DNA of 16,358 nucleotides, taken from contig DALYKA010000154.1 of the NCBI GenBank assembly GCA_031969595.1, positions 1 to 16,358 on the forward strand. The letters are read 5' to 3'. This DNA is from Phormidiaceae cyanobacterium CTOTU46636. Lineage in GTDB: Bacteria; Cyanobacteriota; Cyanobacteriia; Cyanobacteriales; Aerosakkonemataceae. The notes below the pieces were generated by a model. It saw only the letters and a program-made list of their open reading frames with translations, ran no database searches and was not told where the DNA came from. Shown here piece by piece: positions 6,797 through 12,712 of this stretch. A program made the translations under genes and the position numbers. Positions within the stretch are counted from its first letter, which is position 1. Each line of letters starts with the position of its first letter.

Positions 6797-9700
6797 TCAA
6801 ATTGTCACACCTTCCAATTCTTCATCTGTCAACTCGTACAATTCACGTAACTTCTGCAACTTCTCAGGATCGGCTTCCCAAAAACCCCGCCCATGTGCTT
6901 CTAACATTCTGCCGACAATATTGCGAAAAGCTTCCGGATTTGCTTCGCGCAATTTTTTCGCCATTTCTGCATCTAAAGCATAGGTATCCGCAGCTTGATC
7001 GTAAACCCAATTATCGGTAAAATCAGCCGTACCGCCCCACCCAATTAACGCCGTCATGCGTTGGGAAATTTCATACGCGCCGCCGCTACCTTGATTCGCC
7101 ATTGCATCTGCCCATTTGGGATTTAATAACTTCGTGCGATATTCCATCCTCAGTAAATCTTCTAAATTACGCGGGGTTGTATCTTTCGAGAAACTTTCCA
7201 CAAAACTAGCATTAACTTTCTTACCTTGCTGTTTCTCCGCCGCCTTCTTCAAACCACCCGTATTGGCATAATATTCTTGAATATCGGTTAAGCCATATTC
7301 AACAGAATCAATTTCTTGCACCACGCGACGGGTAGTTTGCAATAGCTGGTTTAACACTTGCTTGCGAGATTGACCTTTATCATTTCTGCCATAACTGAAG
7401 GCATTGCGACTTTCCCAAGTACCTGCTAATTCTTCCCCCGACTCCCAATTTCCGTCGGTAACTTGCTCATTTACTAGAGAACCAAAATCGCCAGCGGGGT
7501 TCGAGAATAGACGCGCCGTGGGATTGGGGATATTTTGCGATCGCATCCCCAAAACATGCTTCCGAATAAAATTCATCTCCTCCGGTTCATCCGCATCCGC
7601 CGCCCGTTGAAACAGATCGTCCAACAACTCAATAATATTGACAAAACTATCCCGAAAAATCCCCGAAAGATTAGCCAATACATCAATCCGAGGATGCCCA
7701 AGTTCCGCCAAAGATTTCAACTCATAACGCACAATCCTCCCCGTACCTTCCTTGACGGGTTCTGCCCCCACCAACTCTAACAAAATCCCCAAAGATTCAC
7801 CCTTAGTTTTAATCGCATCCAACCCCCACAACATAACAGCAACCGTCTCCGGATATTCCCCATGTTCTTCTAAGTGTTGATCGATAATTTTCCGGGCAAT
7901 TTCCCTCCCCCGTTCGTAAGCACCAGCAGAAGGCATCCTATAAGGATCTAAAGCATGAATATTCCGCCCCGTAGGCAAAACACCCGCACCATCTCTTAAC
8001 AGATCGCCCCCCGGTGCAGGAGGAATATACTCCCCATTCAACCCCCGCAACAAATTCCTCAACTCCTCCGTATTCTGCCCCAACAAATCTCCAATCCTTC
8101 TCTCCTCTTCTTGGCGTTCTTGGCGTCTTGGCGGTTCGTTATCTTCCTCTCCAAAATAAGCATCAAAATACGATGCCAACTCCTCATCCGTCGGAGGTTC
8201 ACCCAGCGTATGCAACCCCGAAGAAAACAGACGAGTTTCCAACACTTGCAAATACTCGTACAACTTGACTAAATACTCATTAAATGCATGAGCGCTAAAC
8301 ATCCGGACATTCTCCGGCGTAAACGCAATCCCCAACTTTTTAGCATCCTCAAACGCACAATCCGCATCCAATCCCGTATCGACAACCTTCTTACAAATCG
8401 CTTCCTTAAGCGCGTAATTCTTTTGCGGATCTTCTCGATATTCCGCAATTAAATCTCGCAGTGCCACCAATTCCTTATACAACCCCGCCCTCCCGTAAGG
8501 CGGCACATTGTGAGAAATCAGCACCCCATAACCGCGACGCTTTGCCAGGATAGATTCAGACGGATTATTCGCGGCATAGATATACAAATTAGGAATATCT
8601 CCCAATAAAATATCAGGCCAAGAATACCCTGTATTTCCTAACGGAGATCCGGGCAACCATTCAACCGTCCCGTGCATTCCAAAGTGAACCACAGCATCGG
8701 CTTGAAACTCATTTTGCAACCATTTATAAAAAGCCGCATATTGAGGATGGGGCGTCATATCGCGTTCAAACATTAGTCGCATGGGGTCGCCTGCAATTCC
8801 CAATGGTGGTTGCACGCCGATCCAAATATTTCCTAACTCGATACCGCCGATATAATACTCATCTCCGTAGGTTTTGATGCCGCTGCTTGTGAGAGATTTC
8901 CACTGCTTTTCGATTCGGGTTGTGAGTAGGTATCCCAGCCATTTATCTAGAGTTTTGGCATTGACAGTGTTGTATTCATTTCCATCAAGTATCGAGTCAA
9001 TAACTGGTTCCTCTTTTTTGCTACGAATTTGAGGTTCATCTGCTGCTTTAACGCGGCGGATTAATTCTTCTCCATCTTCTGGTAATTCGCCGATAGTATA
9101 ACCTTGTTCTTTAAGTGCTTGGAGTAATTTGATCAAACTGCGCGGTACGTTTAATAATGCCGCCGTTCCTACTGCACCATATCCTGGCGGGAAACCGTAG
9201 AGAAGAATGGCAACTTTGCGCTCTAAAGCATCTTTTTGTCTTAATTTAATCCAATTTTTCAATCTGCCAGTTAAACGTTTGACTCGTTCGGGAATCAGAT
9301 AAATATCTTCTCCAACTAAACCGCCTAATGGCACTGTATCGATGGCTCCATCTAATTCTGGCAGTGCATATAATACGACACTTTGCAACCCTCCAATACC
9401 TTGGCGCGTCCAAGAATGAATATCTTGAATTAGCAAGGGTGCGGCAACAATGTAAGGTATATTCTTGGCAGTCAAAATTCGTCGGGCTACTTCTATTTGC
9501 CTTCCTGCTTCCATTGAACCCGCAGGGCCACCTACGAGGGGAAATCCGATGGTAGAAACTATAGCATCTACTTGGGCTGCTTCGTTAGATAGAGAAGGTG
9601 TTTCAATATTACCGAGTTGACGTTGAGTTATTTCATATTGAGTTGTCATCCAATCGCGCACGGCGACATGCCCTTCAACGCCGTTAATAAAAATAGGTAA

Positions 9701-10519
9701 GGGTATCAGTCCTGCTTGCTCAAAGTAGTTAATTAATTTGGGAATATAAGGCTGTTTGGTTACAACGTGTTTGCGATAAAGCAAAATTCCAACTACTGGT
9801 TTGGTAATTGGTAATTGGTAATCGGTAATTGGTTGTGTGGGTTTTCTCTGCTGATACCATTCCAGATATTTGCGGGGAGATTCAAAATAGCCTTGATAAT
9901 CGGGATGTAACAAACCCATATTGGGTGTTTCGATAGGGGGCGGAATTTCTCCTACTTTTAATTCCAGATATTTTTCGGCGATTGTCCAAAACATAGCGGC
10001 GACATTATCTGTGCCGCCAGCATTCCAATAACCGTAAATAATTAGCCAGTTTCGCAAGTCTTGGACTTTTTGTACTGGGATGTATTTTAATAGTTTCGGC
10101 CCCACTTTCAGGAAGCTGATATAACCGGCGAGTTTGTCTTCTTCTTTGCCGTTGCTGAATTTATCTAAAATGAATTTAACGGGTTTGGGCATTCCTTTGG
10201 GTTTATCACCAATTTTGAAGCCACCAATTTGAGTTAAACTCATCAATTCTAAGGCGGACTCGAACACGAGGCGGATGGGGATTTGCTGCACTCTTTCGCG
10301 CAACCACATCACTTGGTCATAATCAAAGATGAGACTGGCGAAGAAGACATCCGCGCCTTCGAGGGCGTCGGCGACGACTTCCGGTGAAATTGTGAGGGCG
10401 CGATCGCTAAACACCCGCACATCCAAGTCGGAACAGCGGGAAGTCGCTAACTGTGCAGCTTTCCGGTACAAGTCAGCGTTGAAGGATTCAAACCCAGCGA
10501 TCAGAACAATGCGTTTCAT
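6797..10519 (-). CDS. cobN: Cobaltochelatase subunit CobN, CobN/Mg-chelatase H family. The track ORF extends to 10609, but the likely start is the Met of MKRIVLIAGFESF at 10519.
   Basis: A protein of 1240-1270 aa with CobN-family architecture along its whole length. The 30 codons upstream of MKRIV look non-conserved. Confidence 0.8.
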   Translation of the reverse strand: MKRIVLIAGFESFNADLYRKAAQLATSRCSDLDVRVFSDRALTISPEVVADALEGADVFFASLIFDYDQVMWLRERVQQIPIRLVFESALELMSLTQIGGFKIGDKPKGMPKPVKFILDKFSNGKEEDKLAGYISFLKVGPKLLKYIPVQKVQDLRNWLIIYGYWNAGGTDNVAAMFWTIAEKYLELKVGEIPPPIETPNMGLLHPDYQGYFESPRKYLEWYQQRKPTQPITDYQLPITKPVVGILLYRKHVVTKQPYIPKLINYFEQAGLIPLPIFINGVEGHVAVRDWMTTQYEITQRQLGNIETPSLSNEAAQVDAIVSTIGFPLVGGPAGSMEAGRQIEVARRILTAKNIPYIVAAPLLIQDIHSWTRQGIGGLQSVVLYALPELDGAIDTVPLGGLVGEDIYLIPERVKRLTGRLKNWIKLRQKDALERKVAILLYGFPPGYGAVGTAALLNVPRSLIKLLQALKEQGYTIGELPEDGEELIRRVKAADEPQIRSKKEEPVIDSILDGNEYNTVNAKTLDKWLGYLLTTRIEKQWKSLTSSGIKTYGDEYYIGGIELGNIWIGVQPPLGIAGDPMRLMFERDMTPHPQYAAFYKWLQNEFQADAVVHFGMHGTVEWLPGSPLGNTGYSWPDILLGDIPNLYIYAANNPSESILAKRRGYGVLISHNVPPYGRAGLYKELVALRDLIAEYREDPQKNYALKEAICKKVVDTGLDADCAFEDAKKLGIAFTPENVRMFSAHAFNEYLVKLYEYLQVLETRLFSSGLHTLGEPPTDEELASYFDAYFGEEDNEPPRRQERQEEERRIGDLLGQNTEELRNLLRGLNGEYIPPAPGGDLLRDGAGVLPTGRNIHALDPYRMPSAGAYERGREIARKIIDQHLEEHGEYPETVAVMLWGLDAIKTKGESLGILLELVGAEPVKEGTGRIVRYELKSLAELGHPRIDVLANLSGIFRDSFVNIIELLDDLFQRAADADEPEEMNFIRKHVLGMRSQNIPNPTARLFSNPAGDFGSLVNEQVTDGNWESGEELAGTWESRNAFSYGRNDKGQSRKQVLNQLLQTTRRVVQEIDSVEYGLTDIQEYYANTGGLKKAAEKQQGKKVNASFVESFSKDTTPRNLEDLLRMEYRTKLLNPKWADAMANQGSGGAYEISQRMTALIGWGGTADFTDNWVYDQAADTYALDAEMAKKLREANPEAFRNIVGRMLEAHGRGFWEADPEKLQKLRELYELTDEELEGVTI
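9801..9834. repeat. Heptamer tandem repeat (TTGGTAA x3, TCGGTAA, then ttggtt, which is AATTACC on the coding strand) embedded in-frame inside cobN. It encodes the peptide PITDYQLPITK.
   Basis: Read directly from the sequence. It is the same heptamer family as the intergenic tract at 341-410. Confidence 0.7.
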
Positions 10520-10723
10520 ACCCCAAACCCTGAAATATTTCTTTACTTTAATTTTAAGATGGCTTTCAGGTGATGGGCTAGGACAGGCAAGATGCCCATC
10601 CCACAACAAGTTAGGTAGTCACCTTATGCACGACATCTCGCCTACCCCAAGGTTTGATAATAGAAAATGATCGTACACTCGCTCAGAGTTTTACTTTGCG
10701 CTGGAGCGCGATCGCATTTCTCT

Positions 10724-11230
10724 TTATTCAAGCACTTTGATGATTGTGGCAAGCGGGATAAACAATGAAAACTCATCATCCTCTAGCGTTACAAAGCCGT
10801 ATTTCAAATAAAAATTTTTGGCTTGCAGATCTTTAGCATCGACTACTACTGCAAATATTCCCACCTCCTCGGAAAGACGAAGGGATTTTTCAAAACAATT
10901 GATCAACAGTTTTTTGCCCAACCCTCTGCCTTGCATAGAAACAGCAACTGCAAGTTTACCAAGGCGCATAGCTGGTACGGGATAGCGAGGTAATCCTCTC
11001 CGATAATTTTCGGGTAGGGACTCGCGTTTAATTTCAGCCATGCTGACAGAGTAGTACCCTGCAACATCTCCATTTCCACCTTCAGGAATTGCCACAAAGG
11101 TTTTAGCAATTCCTCTTCTATCATTCTGTCGCGCATACTTTTTCAGATATTCATTTAACTCCGGTACGCCACAGTCAAAAGTTTCTCTCCTTACTCTGTC
11201 ATCATCTATTGCACAAAAAATCCATCTCAT
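10724..11230 (-). CDS. GNAT-family acetyltransferase toxin, TacT/AtaT/KacT-like, the partner of a DUF1778 antitoxin.
   Basis: It has the size (168 aa) and motifs of GNAT toxins: FDCGVPELNEYL near the N-terminus, LGKLAVAVSMQGRGLGKKLL as the acetyl-CoA binding Q/R-x-x-G-x-G/A motif, and a C-terminal FYLKYGF. Its ATG lies 3 nt after the stop of the upstream DUF1778 gene. Confidence 0.8.
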   Translation of the reverse strand: MRWIFCAIDDDRVRRETFDCGVPELNEYLKKYARQNDRRGIAKTFVAIPEGGNGDVAGYYSVSMAEIKRESLPENYRRGLPRYPVPAMRLGKLAVAVSMQGRGLGKKLLINCFEKSLRLSEEVGIFAVVVDAKDLQAKNFYLKYGFVTLEDDEFSLFIPLATIIKVLE

Positions 11231-11233
11231 GGG

Positions 11234-11632
11234 TTACCACTTTCCATACTCTTCCTGATACTCTTTAATTGCTGCTTTTAGTGCTTCATTGGGTTCGGGT
11301 GGGTTTTCAATGGCTGATGCAAAGATTTCCCAGTCGCGATCGCTCAATACAATTTGCTCTATTTCTGGAGTTTCTTTGGCTAAAGAGAGAGCTATTTTAA
11401 GCAGATACTCGCTCAGAGTTTTACTTTGCGCTGCGGCAGCTTTTTCGAGAGTTTCTTTGTCTTGTTGGCTGAGGGTTAGCTCGATATTTTCTGCAACTTC
11501 CGCTTTTTGCTTCTCAATTCGCCGTTTCTGGATGAGTTCAATCAGTAAGTCTTGGTCTTCCGGGGAAAGTGCCTCAACGTATTCGATAACGGTTTGTAAT
11601 GCGATCGCGTTGCTCATGTTTTTAGTCTCCAA
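11234..11632 (-). CDS. DUF1778 (TacA-like ribbon-helix-helix) antitoxin carrying a roughly 50-aa N-terminal extension that resembles addiction-module-component domains.
   Basis: The C-terminal half IELTLSQQDKETLEKAAAAQSKTLSEYLL...VLSDRDWEIFASAIENPPEPNEALKAAIKEY matches the DUF1778/TacA consensus, including the D-W-x-x-F ... PP-x-PN-x-AL tail. The N-terminal part VIEYVEALSPEDQDLLIELIQ looks like the short cyanobacterial addiction-module-component family. Confidence 0.75.
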   Translation of the reverse strand: METKNMSNAIALQTVIEYVEALSPEDQDLLIELIQKRRIEKQKAEVAENIELTLSQQDKETLEKAAAAQSKTLSEYLLKIALSLAKETPEIEQIVLSDRDWEIFASAIENPPEPNEALKAAIKEYQEEYGKW

Positions 11633-11848
11633 ATCCCCAATAGGATACCTTGTGGTTATTACTACGATAGCGTTTGCGATATGTCTCTGGTACGAGTAGC
11701 GCGATCGCTCGACTCATATAACTGCAACCTCAGAGCAAACAACTATCTAACTACCGTTATACTATGCAGCAATTTCATCTTTTAACAAAAGCCTTTTAAG
11801 ATCGCTATACGGCGCGGTACGGTAAGTTTGATGCTGAGTGGAAATTTG

Positions 11849-12388
11849 TCATAATAAGCTCTGCAAAAATGCTTCCAGTTCTGTCCGTCCTTGTTGGGTA
11901 ATTGAGTTGTAAAATACTTGTTCTTTTTCGTTGGGAGTGTAGAAGCGATAGAAGCGCCGATCTCGATCGACTTGCCGCAGGTAAACGAGGGGAACGCCAG
12001 CAGATGCAAGGAGTTGGGCTTTTTTGCGATCGCGCACCTGCACCTCTAAGCGATCGTGCCAGTGAGATTGACATTCTACTACCAATTTGGCTTGGCGGCT
12101 GGCACAATAGCCGCGTTCCATTACAGCGATATCGACTCTGGAACTAACCCAAAATTTCCAAAGTTCATTGGGAAGACGGGTGCAAGTTTCTGGACGGGAA
12201 CAGATGACTTCTAGGGGAACTTGGGGACAGTAACGGAAGCAATCGCCTAAAATCATCTCTAGAATATCGAGAGCGATCGTTTCTAATTCGTTGATGATTT
12301 CTCCGCTTTGGAATTGGGGAAAGATTTTCAGCGAATCATCATCGCTGTTGAAGTCGAACTCGTCTGAATAGTTGTAAGTAGAAGTCAT
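11849..12388 (-). CDS. DUF2726-domain protein with a PD-(D/E)xK restriction-endonuclease-like fold.
   Basis: The C-terminal region VDIAVMERG...AKLVVECQSHWHDRLEVQVRDRKKAQLLASAGVPLVYL follows the DUF2726 pattern (D-h-h-h ... hhhE-h-D/Q-x-SH ... R-x-RD ... L-x-x-AG-h-P-L). The gene is transcribed divergently from the NACHT gene. Confidence 0.5.
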   Translation of the reverse strand: MTSTYNYSDEFDFNSDDDSLKIFPQFQSGEIINELETIALDILEMILGDCFRYCPQVPLEVICSRPETCTRLPNELWKFWVSSRVDIAVMERGYCASRQAKLVVECQSHWHDRLEVQVRDRKKAQLLASAGVPLVYLRQVDRDRRFYRFYTPNEKEQVFYNSITQQGRTELEAFLQSLL

Positions 12389-12442
12389 TGATAGGAAATT
12401 GAACTCGATAGTTTGAGGTTACCAAGGTCAACCCTTGTCGCG

Positions 12443-12485
12443 CCAGTTCAGATCGGTTCAGAAAAAGTGAACCGATCTGAACTGG
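12443..12485. repeat. Perfect 18-bp inverted repeat with a 7-nt spacer (ccagttcagatcggttca gaaaaag tgaaccgatctgaactgg).
   Basis: Read directly. It lies 55 nt upstream of the DUF2726 start, in the divergent promoter region shared with the NACHT gene. Confidence 0.8.
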
Positions 12486-12584
12486 TCAAGAAACTAGATG
12501 CTGACTATGCTAGGGATAGTTTTGATTGAGATTTTGCGCCTGTGGTGTTGTCCCGCCGTGGACTCAAGTCCACGGCTAATAGCT

Positions 12585-12620
12585 CAAGTCCACTTAAGTG
12601 GACTGAAGAGCGCTTTTTTT
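12585..12620 (+). terminator. Hairpin (agtccactt aagtggact) followed by gaagagcgc and a run of 7 T, resembling an intrinsic terminator on the plus strand. A second hairpin ccgtggac-tcaa-gtccacgg lies just upstream at 12556-12575.
   Basis: Read directly. No obvious upstream plus-strand gene ends here, so this could terminate an intergenic sRNA or simply be part of the repeat cluster. Confidence 0.25.
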
Positions 12621-12630
12621 GGTCAGCATT

Positions 12631-12712
12631 TAGTCCTCTTTAGAGGACTTTCGCTATGAGCCAGGGGTTTAAACCCCTGGCGGGCTATGCAACTGATGCA
12701 AGATTCTCAATT
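12631..12712. repeat. Copy B of the dispersed structured repeat described at 6661-6745. It overlaps the annotated start codon of the NACHT ORF.
   Basis: agtcctctttagaggactttcgctatgagccaggggtttaaacccctggcgggctatgcaactgatgcaagattc aligns with agtcctcttgagaggactttagctattagccagggattttaatccctggcgggtaatgccattgatgcaagattt. Confidence 0.6.

Noticed and set aside
7404-10670. Several 60-115-aa plus-strand ORFs (7404-7610, 7535-7780, 8014-8268, 9328-9555, 10329-10670) antisense to cobN
   Set aside because: They are embedded in a long well-supported gene on the opposite strand and have low-complexity translations. They are overprinting artefacts.
10520-10723. Looked for a cobalamin riboswitch in the 5' leader of cobN on the minus strand
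   Set aside because: The leader contains hairpins such as gggatgggc...gcccatc, but I could not find the B12-box (GCCACTG-like) or the other conserved cobalamin-riboswitch elements by eye. A covariance-model search with Rfam RF00174 would settle it.
10903-12147. ORFs 10903-11136 (minus strand), 11289-11699 (plus), 11782-12009, 11805-12107 (minus) and 11902-12147 (plus), overlapping the GNAT, DUF1778 and DUF2726 genes
   Set aside because: They are alternative-frame or antisense overlaps of genes that have convincing domain signatures. Their translations are Ser/Arg-rich low complexity.
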